Shown here in pieces: positions 23,201-37,800 of a stretch of DNA of 64,000 bases. The stretch spans positions 66,938,788-67,002,787 of the forward strand of contig CM120640.1 of assembly GCA_051362555.1 (NCBI GenBank), in the 5' to 3' direction. A program made the translations under genes and the position numbers. Numbering within the stretch: the stretch's first letter is position 1; every line of letters begins with the position of its first letter. The notes beneath the pieces are model-generated. The model worked only from the letters and a program-made list of their open reading frames with translations. It had not been told where the DNA came from and did not search any database. The DNA is from Lingula anatina. Taxonomy: Eukaryota > Animalia > Brachiopoda.

Positions 23201-24237
23201 GGGTGGATTCCGTTACATGGACCCTCAGTTTCTGTACACCGGGCGATGTGAAATCAAAGCGTACTTCTTTGGGCTGGTCTTAAAACTGATTTAGTCAAGT
23301 CGTTGCTGGGTGGGGTATTCTTAATTTTATGCGGAAAGCTCTATCAAAGAAAAGATTAAGAAATTTAAGATAAGCAATATCTTTATCAAAAGGTTAGCTT
23401 TGTTTTCTGGAGCATTTGCAGCGAAATATGTCTCTACCAACGCTGATCTTGGACAAAAGAAATATTCGTCCAAGCGCTGAGAATGGTCATCAAAGGAAAA
23501 TCCAGAATTTTATTTTCATTTATATGACCTGCTTTAAAATTCATTTCGTGGCCAGCACGTAATTCAATTCTTCCAGGTGTTTTTTTTAAATACTAATACT
23601 ACCATAATATTTTATAAAATAATATCTACTATATCATGAAGAATACATATCAGCATTAAAATGGCTGAGTCTAGTCCCCTTTAACTACAGGGAAAAGGCT
23701 AATGCCATTTTAACTCATCCTTCCATCTTATAAAACATTGGCCAGTAAAGGGAATACAGAATTCTGACCGTTGACCTCCTGTCTGTAATGGGTTTGTCAC
23801 CAGGGACCACCTGCACGCCTATAATCAGTCACCATCACACGATAATATCGACGTCGTATTGTTTATAGAAACAATCGATTGGCGGCGCGGCGCTTTATAA
23901 AGCAATCACAAGTAAAAAACGAACAAGTGAAAGCTGCAGCAATAGGAAGTAGTTCTGATACTGTCAAGTTCTCTGTCTCAAATTTAGAGAACAAGAAGAA
24001 TTTAACATGTGGTGGGTGCATGTAGTGATTGAAACTGTAAATGATTTAGCTTGGTAGTGACATATTTCTCTACACTCTTTCGTTTTCATATATCCTAGTG
24101 CTAAGTACAGGCATGAATTGTGTGGATTTATTTTGGTCGGGTGCTGATTTTTCAGTAATGCAGACACATAAGATTAGATAGCAGGTCTCTGTACTAAAAT
24201 GTGACCATGACTCTCCGATACTCAAATATAGATATAC

Positions 24238-24875
24238 ATGTATCACAATGGTTCTCTAATATTCCCCAGGGAGACGAGTCGGTCTGTGTCCCGGGATCAT
24301 CGTGCGGCAATATTCGGGGTAAGTTTCATATTGAAGTAGAACTTATTTACAATTCCTCTTGCAAAGAATTATTTTAAAACTAAAGAGCGCCGCTTGTGTT
24401 TTATTTAGAAGAGCTTTGTTTATGGTGTAAGTCTGAATATTACCGAAGGGGTGGTGATACTCGAACGACACTCTTCCCAACAGAATTCTGCCAAAATAAT
24501 TCTCAGATCTAGTGCGCCGTAACTGATTGGTAGAGAAATTAATAAATAAAAAGAAAAAAGTTTAACTGTTGCTTTGAATAGATTATTATAATCATTATTG
24601 TAACGTATCAAATTTGTTTCTAGAGCACCAGTGGTCCTAGAGGGTTCTACGTCATACACCCCGACTGGACCTCAGAATCCTTGTACTTGAGCAAACCTCT
24701 ATACACCGCCAGGAGTCGCAGCGCATGGGGGTGGGAGCGCCCCAAAACTCACAAAAATATCAACGGGGTGCAGAGCTACGTCATGCCAAAAACGCCAAGA
24801 GTGCCAAAGGAATCGCTAAGATCGACAAGAATGACGAAAGGGGACCTCGAATCTCTTCGTTCTTATTCAAGATGA
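24238..24875 (+). CDS. Putative small uncharacterised basic protein (about 110 aa, two coding exons)
   Basis: Exon 24238-24318 (MYHNGSLIFPRETSRSVSRDHRAAIFG|GTAAGT) splices in phase to TTTGTTTCTAG|24624-24875 (STSGPRGFYVIHPDWTSESLYLSKPLYTARSRSAWGWERPKT...LRSYSR*). Both exons are GC-richer than their flanks. A GC-rich stretch plus TATAAA lies at 23881-23901. Confidence 0.55.
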
Positions 24876-26217
24876 AACTGAAAGTGTAAAAAGTGTGATT
24901 TGAATGAAAACAATGGAGGAAAACACGTTCTAAATGCATTAGTTGTTCTAGTGGTAAAGACGGACTAGTTGTTTGGGAAATGGGTTTGTTGCGCTCAGCT
25001 TATAAACTGAGATAAAACAAAAAAGATATGAACGTTATAATATGGACAGTTTGCTCAGTGTAACAAGATGATTTGCTCATATGTAACGCTTATAAACTGG
25101 TTACTGTGGTAATACAAGGTTCGTTGAACTTAAAGATAATTATGTCAGTTTTCCATGATCTCAAGAATGTACATTACAATAACAGGGTTTCAAAATGGAG
25201 GTCTTTGTGCTAGTGTTATTCCAGGTACCAGAGTTTGATTTTTAAAAAAGGAGTTCACTTACAGAAAGACATCACAATTATGCATCGTACCTGAAGCTTG
25301 GAAGCATAATGCACTGCATAATATACTGTGTGTATGTAAGGTCTAAGCCTGAAAGCACAAAAGGCAAGTTTTCGGTGAAGGTGAACTTGAGGCATGGCTT
25401 TGGTATATGAGGGTGAAGTACCAATCAAAATCAGTCTTGACTCAATTAAATTATCTTTGGACCGCAATTGCCCTTAAAGCATACATGTATACAGGCAGAT
25501 GAGCTAAACCGAGAATTATAGTGCCCAAACAAATAAATAAACTAAATATGTTACATGGTATAACTCACAGCGTGGTATAACTTATATCTTATCATATCAT
25601 ATCATATCAAAGTCCTGCAATTTGGATTTGGTATTAATTCTTGTTGCTAAAAAATGATATCCTGTGCCTCTGAATTTCATTTTTTTTGTCTGTTGATATT
25701 AATGCAGCACAAGCGTCAATAACAATCACAACAACTTTTCAATCTGAATTTATTTATTTCAAATGTTTTGTGTACATTCAAATTCGAATAAAAAAAGGTT
25801 TCATTAAGGCGATATTGATACACAATGCTGTATTCCCCAAATTATTTCGAGCTTGATAACTATTTCTAGGAAGTACCCACCAACAAATACATGTCTTTTA
25901 ACACCTATTACAGCTGAGCTTCTTGGGCACGGTATTTATGGACAGAATTAGGTCATAGGTGTATTTTCGGTAAACAAGCTCAATTTTACCTGGACGGTAG
26001 ACTGGCTGCGGAGAGCCGCTCCAGGAAATACGTCAGCGAACTTTGGCAGATACCGATTCCACCCTTGGCGTTAGTACGTTCTTGAGGCATCCGGCATTCT
26101 AAACTACCAGTTCGTCACTTGATTGAATTTTTGAGTTGAGCCGAAATTGCCGATTTCCAGGAAGTCTGATCAACTTAAAGTGACCAAATTATTTTTGACT
26201 GCTACAAGTCAGTCGCT

Positions 26218-29059
26218 ATGAGTTCGGTATCAGTGCAGCTGCAGCGAAATGACTTTCATGAGCCCTGGGGATTTCGTATGCAGGGCGGAAAGGATTTTCG
26301 TCTTCCACTGTCGGTGAAAAAGGTAAGTGATGCGAGGCTCATGGGGAAAAAAGGGTTCAATGCTATCTCCTTTCCATGTTAAGTGTTGTTTCGAAAAGAA
26401 CTTTACCCGTAGATCTCCCTGTCCTTTGATACGACTTAATGTTTATTTCATCAATTATTTAACTTACAGTATTCTTGCCATACCTGCGATTTTGCCTTCA
26501 AATGGTTTTCAAGATTATCACATGCAAGGAGGTGCCAGTCTATAAGGTGCTGAGTAAGTTAATATTTTTTAAAAGAGCAAATTCCGGGTAAATACCTTCA
26601 GCACACGGCCATTACCTTGAGCGCGGCTGCCCCAAATTAAGAACTGATATGGATACACCTAACGCCAGGTGTTCAGACACAGCTGATCGACTTTCTTGCC
26701 CACAGTCGGGGGGTTCTTAACCTTTATGTAGTCATCGAGGTTCAAAAAGATCCGTGTGACAAATATATGCGTTTCTGGGCGTTTATATAGGGTATCGGTG
26801 TATATAGCACCTGGAAAGTGTTGATTGAACACTATGTGAATATACATAGTATACGTGCATGCAGACGTTGATAGCTTGCAGCAATATACCTCTTATGTTA
26901 CACTTCGGCGGGGTTGTTTGTCATTGAATAAACTTATTGTGAAAGTTATAAGGCACTTGGTGGATGCTCCGGTTTGACCTCGCTTAATGAAAAAATAATG
27001 TCGGCCCGATGATGTACAGGTAAATATTTACACTAGAAGAGCGTTGTATCTGTTTTTCATAAACCGTGCCTATAAGACACAAATACGTGCTTTACGCTAA
27101 CGTTGTGTTTTCTAACAAAAATATTAGATAATGTAACCACAGCGTAATCAGTGCTTTAGCCTCAAAGGTCGAGCGTTTACTAACAAGAATAACGTTTCCC
27201 AATTATGGTAAGACTACAGCGGGCTCAAATATCACAGTGTGGTAGAGGAGCAAATTTCTACACAATTTGGTAAATTACATCGTAAAATTCAGACTGAAGG
27301 AGGTTAATACATTTAGACATTACTTGAAAATTTTCCTTCGTGGAAATGCCAGTGGAATACTTGCCATCGGCATACCTGAGGCATTTGCAAAACACCCTTT
27401 TTCCTAATGATGCACTGAATATAAATAGCGCGCTGTTGTCTATATAAACACTGCCATACATCTTCACACAGTACTAAGAACATAAATATTTTCGATGGTT
27501 CAACATGGGCTCACCATAGCAACCGAATGCTTTAAGAAATGGATATTTCATTTAAGATATTGTAAGCGAACAATAACTGCCAAATACACTATTAAAGCGG
27601 ATTTCGATTGCCTTTTCTTTACCTTTTCTATTTATCTAAAAACGTTTCTAGATAATTTAAAAATCAAAAGCTTCCACTGTGATCTGTGAGCTACATTAAA
27701 GGTTCAAACCTCTTTTATCATTAAGCATGGGAATGTTTCTAAAGGTTGGATCCGCCAACAAGTGTAAAAAGTACCGCTATACCCTCTTTACCATTTTAAT
27801 ATGGAGGGGCGCAGCTAGGCTGGAAAACATAGTACGGAGACAGGCCTTCATAACTCTTTGGCCTATATTTGCAATTCTAACAATTTCGCTTGAAACAATC
27901 TCAGAGAAACATGCGGTTAAATTTCATTTCAAATAAATAAATAAATAAAATACTTGGTAGTCATTTAAATAGAATCTTTTCTCAAATATCATTAAAATAG
28001 GAAGGACGTATCTTCTGGCCCATCTATATCAGACTCGTGGTTTCGGTTCAGTTATGAACCCCCGCATCTATTCCTAATAATGACGGCGTTTCCTTTTTCC
28101 TTTAAATTGATGAAGGTTAAATGAGGTCGCACTAAGGTTGTGTCTAGTTTCAGGTGATGTTCGTCTTGAATCAAATCTGACATTTTAATTGACTCGGGTG
28201 TTATTTTTCCTGCTCTGATTTACGACGGCTCGCATTTCTAAACCGTTTTCGCTCCATTTTCACCTACGTAATGCAGATAATACAGTTTTTTTATCAAATG
28301 TGTATTATATTTAATACTTTTTTTTAGGTTGGAATCAACTCCCCCGCTGCCCGTGCCAGATTGGATGCCGGGGATGCCATCGTCTCAATCGCCGGGAAAG
28401 ACACTAGGAACATGACACACATGCAAGCTCAACAGCTCATTAAGAATGCCGGAAACACCATCTCATTAACGTTACAAAAGTAAGCATTCATTAGTTCATG
28501 CTTCGTAACTGTGCATTATAATTAGCGATAGCTGATAGTTAATGAAGGCAACACAGTGTGGCTCAGACCCTTCCCACACCCCCAACTTACGTCACAGATA
28601 ACGAACGTTACGCAAATACTGAGAAATGTAGGTGTACGAAAAGAACTTGTTAAGGGCAGATATAGATCTTACAGAACTAAAATGAACGCTTTGGTCTACT
28701 GCTTTTTTTATATAGATCACAGTATTTAGGAATATTTTGTTGTATACAAAAACAATTTATATTTTAAAACTGGTTCACAAAATGCTTTCAGGGGAGCTTG
28801 CCAATCATTAGCCAAGGCCATGAAACCTACAGGTCCCGTCAAGTTCTCCGTCTCCAGGGCTCAAAACTACATGGCGTCCCCTGCTTACCAAGGCCCTACA
28901 TCGCCGGGTTACTCGCCACAGCCACAACAGCAGCAGTATCAGTACCAACACTACCAGCAGCAACAATACCAGCAACCCCAGTACCAGCAACAGCCCCAAT
29001 ACCAACAATACCAACCACATCCCCAATACCAACAGGAATATTATGCAACCAGCTATTAG
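26218..29059 (+). CDS. PDZ-only ALP/Enigma (PDLIM/Zasp)-family-like protein with Q/Y/P-rich C-terminus
   Basis: Exons 26218-26322 (MSSVSVQLQRNDFHEPWGFRMQGGKDFRLPLSVKK), 28328-28479 (VGINSPAARARLDAGDAIVSIAGKDTRNMTHMQAQQLIKNAGNTISLTLQK) and 28792-29059 (GACQSLAKAMKPTGPVKF...QPQQQQYQYQHYQQQQYQQPQY...YYATSY*). PWGFRxQGGxDF is the PDLIM-type PDZ signature. AATAAA at 29588. Confidence 0.88.
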
Positions 29060-29798
29060 GATGGATACGCTGTTAGGGGGTAGTAGGCTCTTACCATTTT
29101 ATATATCGGATAAACAAGCAGTTTAACGCGCAGGAGTGAAAATACAAAGTGCTAGAGTTGCACAGTTGGTGATTTTTTAAAAACTTTGTCTTACTTATCT
29201 CTATTGTACTTGAACTGACATCTCATAACGTGAGAATTTCAGAGCCTTTATACCATATTGTTTTACCTAGAGTTGTCTCAGAAGTGCAACAATAGAAGCC
29301 AAGGTACGCAAGATGGATTATCAAAACGGATTCCGTAGCTGGAAGGAACGCTTTATAAACATTTTTCTCTTTTAACGACATGACAGGAGGCAAGTGCTGA
29401 AGACGTCTGTGAAGTTTAAGTCCTTATTTTCATAGGGAAGGTAACACTTTCGAGTCCTTATATCAAGTGTGATACTTTGGATTGCTTTCTACAAGAATGT
29501 CTCTTTTAGTACTTCATTTTATCCATTTGTCTCTGGTTCAAAATATATAATGCTGGGAAAATGTGCAATGCTGATACGTAGCATCGTAATAAAACAACTA
29601 CCATATAAACAGTATCAAAATATATCATTATTGTGACATTTATAAAGAACAAGAAAATCATTCAAGAAGTGTTCTGCTTTTGACAGGCATGTAACACATA
29701 CATGTGTCTCAATTACGTAGTGTTTAACAGTAAGAGAAAGATGTACTATTTAAAACAGTTTATCTTTCTGTCACCCTTAAGAAATTTTTTCTTAGCTG

Positions 29799-32700
29799 TC
29801 AGCTAGCTTTCAGAATCTTAGGCTCTGGCTCTGCAATACTGTCCGAGTTTGTCCCTCCTTCTACATCTTCACTGCCTTCTTTTTCTGCAGCATCACCCTC
29901 CTTTTCCTTCCTTCTTCTTTGTTTGTTTCTTCTAGACTGTTTTTCCTTTTTTAAAGGCGTCTGTGCCAGTCTTTGTCGTTTTCTTTCCAAATAATCTTGC
30001 ATATTGTCCTTTCTGTTTTTGTATGCTTTAAACAGTAACTGGAAGTTACTTTCCTGTCCAACAGATCCTGAAAACAAGATGTTTTTAAGAAAATTTTAAT
30101 TGGCTCAGAGACTGTCATGGACATATGAATAAGATCTTTGGGTAAGTAAACAGCCATGTCAAATTCAGAGGAATTCATATTTTATATCACAGAAGAATGC
30201 CATAACTTTTTGCACACTAAAATCTCAAGATCAACATGGCAGGGAAAGCAGCAAGACAGAGTGAGGTAGAAAATGACCTTGCAACATGCAAAAAAATTTA
30301 AAAGGATAATTTTCAGAGTAGTACCCAAAATAGAAGGAAGACAAAAAGAAAGCACTTTATCTATTGATAAGGCAGGTAAAAATACAAAAGCAGGCAAAGA
30401 CTGATAATAAATACCTGATTACAATTTTACAAGGAAAAGTAGAATTACCTTTGAAAAAGTCCCAGTTTTTATTCACAGTTTCTGCTAATTCTATTGTCTT
30501 TTTATCTGAGGTCTGCAATGTGAAACATGGAATTAAGTTTAAAATTTTACAAAAAAAGTATAAAAGTGAAATAAAATATTAATGAAACTGAAAATACTAT
30601 TTAAACTCAAGTTTGATGATTGCATTCTCTTAACTTTTTCTCCCTTGCCTTCTTTTTGAAGATAATGTCAATTATATAGAGTTTAACAAGAAAATTCTTG
30701 TAAGTCAACTGCCATGTTTCCTCAGCTCATATTTCACAATCTAAATGCTTGTGCTGCTTGGTTTAATTGAATCCCCCACCTATAACACTGGGTCTGGAAA
30801 ACCCACAGTTGGGATTTACATTTACACACTAGTATTCTCACAAAGCACCAATATGTAAGACTTCATATGCACACATTCAATACTTATACTTAAAGGTATA
30901 CTATACATAACTGAAGATGCCCTCAAGTCATACTTTGATGACTTAATATCCTGCAAAGCTACTTATCTTTCCCAATTTAAACCTTAAAGAAAACAAATCC
31001 CTCACATTTAAGGACCTAAAATGTCAGGAAGACTGAAGTGGTCTAAATGAATCATGATCCTTTCAGAATGAGGTAATCTGATTGGAAATGGTGCAAAAAC
31101 CGATCTAAGGGCAAGGATGGGTTGAGAAAAGATTTGTGAGTAGGAGAAAATTGCTCTAAGGGAAAAAAAGGGATTGGCTTGAACAGTATAAGATACCTGC
31201 AAATTGGTCATCAAGTGTTCTCCAACACTGCCTACACTGGTTAACATACCATACAGGACCCATATCATCAAGTTAGAAAGGCTTTACATCTCACTCAGAA
31301 TAGAGGAAACAACAATGCACACTGCAAGCTACAGAAATTGTCTCATTCTAATAAGAGTTAAATTACCTTTTCAACCTGAAAATCTTCTTGTTTGTAGGAG
31401 ACGGAGTATGGAACTATTGTATCTCCTTCCACTGGTTGTAAAACCCACAAGATATCACCTTGAAGCTGCATGTCCCATGGTGGTTGTGACAGCCGCATTG
31501 TGTTCACTTTCTCAACTACCACATTTCCAGCACTCCACACTACTTTGTAGAACAGGATCACAGGATAGCTGAAATGAACCAACAGAACTGAAAATAACAT
31601 CTAAGAATATTTTCAAAAAATAAACCACTGTTGTTTATATTCTCATATAAGAATTAGAATAATGCCAACATATAGTGTCAAATTTGCCTTTCATTTCATT
31701 TCATTTCATTTCATTTTTGTAATCTGATATCAACAGATAAGCGGTTTCATTTAAACACCAACATTTAAAAAAAGATGATAGCACTGAAGTTCCGTTTTCC
31801 TGGAATTAATTGAGGTTTCATCCAAGGCCACTTGAGAGGCTTACATTATACAGACACATTCTTCTGATAATTGGAGAGATATACACATGGCACTAAATCA
31901 TATTCTATAACTGCGAATCTCTCTCATTATTTTTCCCGTGAAACGACTGGAATTTGCATCATTAAAAACCACAATGATGCAAATGCTGTTCTTCAAGTCA
32001 CCTACAGTGCTCTTTGGCAAAGCTTGAGAAAGATTAAGCAGGTATGTCAGTGATGATCTGAGATATGTAAAGGGATAACTCTTAAAAGATCATTGCTACA
32101 GAGGTGTGACATTGAAGGAGGCTAAAATAGGACAGAGAAATGAAAGACAGGTGGGGATGACAATGCCCATGCCTTTTTAACCACACACGTTATTTTTTAT
32201 GATATAATTTCACATTGACAGTTCTTCCATAAATGCAAATACAAACATTATGATTTGTAATTTGATAATTAAGTAATTTCTCTTTAGTACCACAAAGGAC
32301 CTGACTATCAGTGTATAGGTGACCTAAAATGTATTTAATGTTAACATCATGAACTGATCAAATCACCTTCAATTTTAGACCATATGCCCAAAACAGATGT
32401 TCTGTATTTCCTGTCAAAACGAAACCTAAATGCTCCAGCAGATCTTCTGCTATAGAAATAACTAGGAAACATAATAAACAGTCAATAGCATTGTTTAATG
32501 GCCTTGCCTATTGTCCACTTGAAAAGTTTACAGGCAAAATAAACTCAAAGTGTTTTCTCATGATGGCTATTTAACTCAGGTGACAATTAAGACATGTTAA
32601 TTCCACATGCCCCCTTGACCCCTGGTCACTCCAATGTCATTGTCCAAAGACGTCACCTAAGGTAATGGATTACTCAGGTACTCAGAGAGTGACCGCCTAT

Positions 32701-34796
32701 TAATGACAGTCTACCAGCTCTGCCATAAGTGATAGCCATTGTAATCTGTGTGATTCATCATACAACACAATACAAACTACTTCCAAGCACACAACTAAGC
32801 ATTTGAAAAACCTCCCTGGCTTTTATTCTGTACTTGTACACTACACATTGCATTGGTGCATTATACTAGGATAAAATGTGGATAACAGCTTTTTTTCCCT
32901 TTTTTTTCAGATGCTTTTTTTCCGCAAATGGTAATTTACACCTGGGAGGTGAGCTAAAAAAAAGTGTCTGAATACTTGCTGTTCAAACATCATGCATTAT
33001 ATATACACAAAGTTGAAATGACAGCCTGACATTGAGATCAAATTACAAAATGATATATTTTATTCATCACAACAAACAATTCGGTAAAGCGGGATGGGAT
33101 GGCAAAAATGCTTGGATAATAAAATTGGCCAGGAAATACTTCCCCAGTTAATCACATTATATATAATCATCTGTTTGTTTGAAAATATTGACAAAAAAAC
33201 AACCTGTAAAATACATGAATGGGTTGATCTCAATGACAATCAATGAGAGATCTTCATATAATGTTTTTAGTCCTAAATAACATTTTAAAATAAGATTTGA
33301 TTATTCAATTATGAATGTAACATTTTTAAACACAATATTATATTATGACTCAATTAATTTTTTTCTTTTTGGTGGGAGGAGGAAAAGGAGGAGGAGAGAG
33401 AAAACACAATGTCATAATGTCCAGAACAGAATATGTATGCTGGGCTTATAATTGCACCATAATATTAATAAAATCTTTAGAAAGATTTGCCAATGTCAAC
33501 ACTTGAGAACAGGCTATTAATGTTCTTTCTTTTGTAGCTTAGTGACCTATACCAGGAAATGAATGTTTCAATTAGAGAAAAAATTTGAGCTTATTATTCT
33601 TTTCTCAAGATTCATTGCGGTAACTGGTCTGATGAGTTTCCCACTCAAGGTCCGGCATCTCACAGCATGTTTGCTGTAACACGAGGCTTTGTCCCCTGCT
33701 CTGTATCAATGTCTACTTACTGCAGGTCTGGCCCTTTGTAACCATTATTCTCCATCACACTTAATGACTTGGTTCTCAGTGTGAGGAAGCAGCAAGGCTA
33801 GCACAACAGTGAACACCTTCAAAGATTGAACTTTCACAGTGATTTATCTTCTGACAAAGAAAAGGAATGGACCAGTGCAATTTCAAAACAACTGATACAC
33901 TTAAATGTATCCACAACATTGTCACTTTCCAGCCTGACCTTTACTGGACGATTTATCTTCGGTGGGCTCAAGGAAAATAAGATTTTCAAAGTGAACGTGT
34001 GGCTACTGAGGCTTTTCAGGTGCTGCATCTGAATTCAAGGACGAATATCCTGGGATAAAGCTTTAGGCAAAGACTTGAGAAACTTAGAGACATCAAGAGA
34101 TTTGTTTCTTCTTCATGAAGAAATGAATTAATGATAATTAGGATTTAGAATGGGAGAAAGACATTCAAACTAAATGCCAAAGAAAAAATGTCAAGACAAT
34201 TATGTTCCAATTAATTATTTTCCATCTGTTGAAATTTTTGTTTATGCAGTGGATATTCCATTTTAGAAGAATTACATCCACCTACTGTCTCCAGATCAGT
34301 TTAGCAGGTATAAATCTAGATGTCAAAAGGTTAAAAATATCACTGTCATCCCACATACAGAAAACTGAGCTTTGGCACCTACACCGCTTCTGAGACAGTT
34401 TTAATATTGACACACGAAGGCTCCATTTCTTAGAAACTACTTCTGCTTTTCAAAATCACCACGCCATGAAGTCTCCCTTTCCTGACCTTGCATATCAATT
34501 AACACAAACTCACCTATCTGCAGCAACAGCAAGTATGTCATATTTTGTAAAGAACTGCATAGCTTTGACAGCAACTTGTGTGTTTTCTGAGGAATGCATT
34601 TCTGAGGGCAGATCTTGGGCACAGTCAAGACAGTAAAGTTCTTGAAATGTTTCCAAATTCCAAAACCGCACAGTGCCATCCTTGAAGATAAATAGATCAA
34701 TTTCAGAATCTGAGAAATTTTTATGAGTGAGGTTATATCTAGAATGAGAGGAACTGCTATGAGCCATGTAAGACTTTGAAGCATGAAAAGAAATGA

Positions 34797-34827
<31 letters not shown>

Positions 34828-37800
34828 ATGAATCCTATAGAAAACTGAAAAAAAATTACAAATGCATTTTGCCAAATGCATTTTGGAAGGGTAGGGTTTA
34901 AATAAATTTTAATCACCAAAACAACTCATAAAATCAATTATATGACCATACTGACAGATAAAGCCAATCCAATCAATAAGTTAACTCAATAAAACCAAGT
35001 CCATTGTGGGAGAAAGCCACAATTCAGCAATACTTTTCCAGTAAAGCATTTTTTAGAATTATAATCTACTGGGTAGTACATATAGTCAGAAATTAACAAA
35101 TTATTTCTCATGTAAATACTAGTTTAACAAAGGTCACCTTTGACTATAAATAAAACTACAGATGCAACTAAATTTTCACTAGGAAAAAAAAGAAGAAAAA
35201 TGCTCTATGCACTTACATGTTAAGTCAAGCTTAACATATTAGATTCTGCTGACTGTCAAAATTTCTAGTCGATGAACAAATGGTAACTGCCACATATTAC
35301 CAATCTATTACTGCACATTATCAAATGACTCACCCCTGCTCCAGATACAAGAATGTCATCTTTAAGGATCAACAATTTGCTCACAAACCTGGAAGACAAA
35401 ATTTGAAGAAAAACTTGCAATAATTCTTCAAATAATGCAATTGTATCAGATTTCTGATTAAGTAAATGTGTTCTTTATTGGTTTAACATGCATCTGAATC
35501 CCAGAGGATTATTTGGTGAGGAATGCTTTCTGAACCCAAAAGCCTACCAGGATATTGCTTTTCATCCTTTACTCTTAATGGGTGAAGTGACTGAGAGTTG
35601 CAGAGGTAAAGGAAAGTGCACTTGACTTTCCCATTTAAGTAATGAGTATTATGGGTCCTCTGTATTCTTCAATGCTAACATTATTTTAATATCTGTTAAA
35701 TGGTATATAATACTAAATAACTTTACCCATATTCTCATGATTAAACATGATTTACAAATAGAGAATAATCATGCTTATTTATTTCAAGGTATTTTCATAA
35801 TATGTATGCAAATTACAGCTGTTTTGTAGCTCTGTTTTTCATCATTTTTAATTGGAGCAGAGCCAAATTGCATTGTATTCTATTACATCTAAGATTACTT
35901 GTTCAAATTGTTTGATTAGAGATTTACAAACAGACAACATCCATGAAATTTCACAAATGAAATTATAATCACAAGAAGTTTTGAAAAATATCAAAGGCAA
36001 AGGGGTAAATTATTGGCATGAAATACTATAATATATTTTGATCATGTTTTCAATACCTTTCCCATAATACCCAGTATTAAATTAATCTCATTAATTCCGT
36101 CGGAATACTATATCTAAAGACATTTCACATCTTTTAATTTCATAAGTTGACACCATCTACCAACATTATCAATCTCCATTTGAGATCTTAATTTCATATT
36201 TCATTAACATTATATTTTACTTGGTTTATGTTATAAAGATGGCATGTATTCGTTCTCAGTCACAGTATTAGCTTTTTAACACAAAAATCACCCTGTACTT
36301 TTGAAGTACTTCATACTGTTTAAATTGTGCCATATGAACATGTATAAAAAAAAAAAACTGAATTCTCCCAACACCTCTGCAATATTCGACTCATATACAT
36401 AGAGTACAGTTCAACACTGGCACAGCTATTATTCTTTCGCAAGGTCATATAATATTTAAGACCTCATTACAGATTCAAATTCCACTAATAACACTGAGCC
36501 CTTCACATGAAATATACCACTTCACATATCATACGCTTCATTACTTATGACAATGGTAGCAGAATTGAATAATGTCACTGGATATTAGTACAATTTCATT
36601 TGAAAATGTCTTACTCCTCGTGCCCAAGGCAGAATCCTGCAATGTTGTAAGCATTTGGGTAATGACCAACTCGTATTTTCTCATCTCTGTCTGCTGTGAT
36701 GATGTATCTGCCATTGGATGTAATTGCCTACAACCAATAAGAAAAGTCATATAAGAAGATTATACCAAAAGTACCCTACACACTATGTAATGACGAAGCA
36801 ATCTGATAATTATCAAGCTAAGTGTGTTGTTTTGTATAGACTCATTAGTGTGGAGGAAGTAGGAATTGTGTATATCCTTTGTCGCTATTTGAGGGGTGTG
36901 TGTGTTGTGTGGGCTGAGAGTATCACTCGTGTGTCAGCTCACAGTCTACTTTTAGTGTATGGGGAAAAGGGGCGCAACTTCATACTCAAAGAAGAAGAAA
37001 AAAAGAGGGTCATTATATATTGATATATTTAAAACAAACAAAATCGAACTGATGTTCTATTGATGTATTATGTATGCTGCCAATTATCATAAAATGTAGA
37101 AAAAGACATCTGATGTTTTTTTTTTTAAACAAAATACATTGTTTCTCTTCTTATTGAAGCTCAATCTGTCCCAAGATGATAAATAACAATAACCTCATAT
37201 CTCTAGCACTAATCAAATACAAAACAAAGCACCATTTTCTACTAATTCACTTTACACAATTATTTCCATTTGCAGACCACTGGTGAAAATTAATGATGGT
37301 CAGTCTCAGAAAGAGGTGATTTTCACTCCAATTAATGTGTCAACTGTTATCCCATACTGGTGTTCTGCATTGCTTGTTGATTGCTAACATTGATTGTACT
37401 ACAAGCAGAGATTTGCATATAAGCAATAATAATAATAATAATAATAATAATTATAATAATAATGATGATGATGTTTTTTGTAACATGACAGTATTCATTA
37501 TACAAGTAATACAATAAACAAATAAATCAAGTACACACTCTAGGTAATATACTGACCATGTCCAGCAGCATGGACAAATGACCACACAGAAGCTCTCCTG
37601 GTTTGTTCAGGTCTGTGAGGGAAAAGCTGTACACATCTCCTGACTTGTCAGCTACAAGGACTTGGGACAGGTCATGGGTAAACACTATGGCAGTAGCTCT
37701 TCTTGCTACAGATCTTTAGAAAGAGTGGAAAAGAAAAATAAAAAATGCAATTGTCATGTGATCTTTTGGTTGGTACCAAATCAAACCAATCAGTGGATAT

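Noticed and set aside
28798-29076. Alternative-frame ATATTAAV/PAT-rich ORF and antisense poly-Leu/Val ORF
   Set aside because: By-products of the CAG/CAA/TAC repeats. Splice phase selects the Q/Y frame.
34437-34919. 160-aa minus-strand ORF
   Set aside because: Off-frame read-through of an (AG)n tract and WDR4 exon 7. The true exon is 34514-34680 in the other frame.
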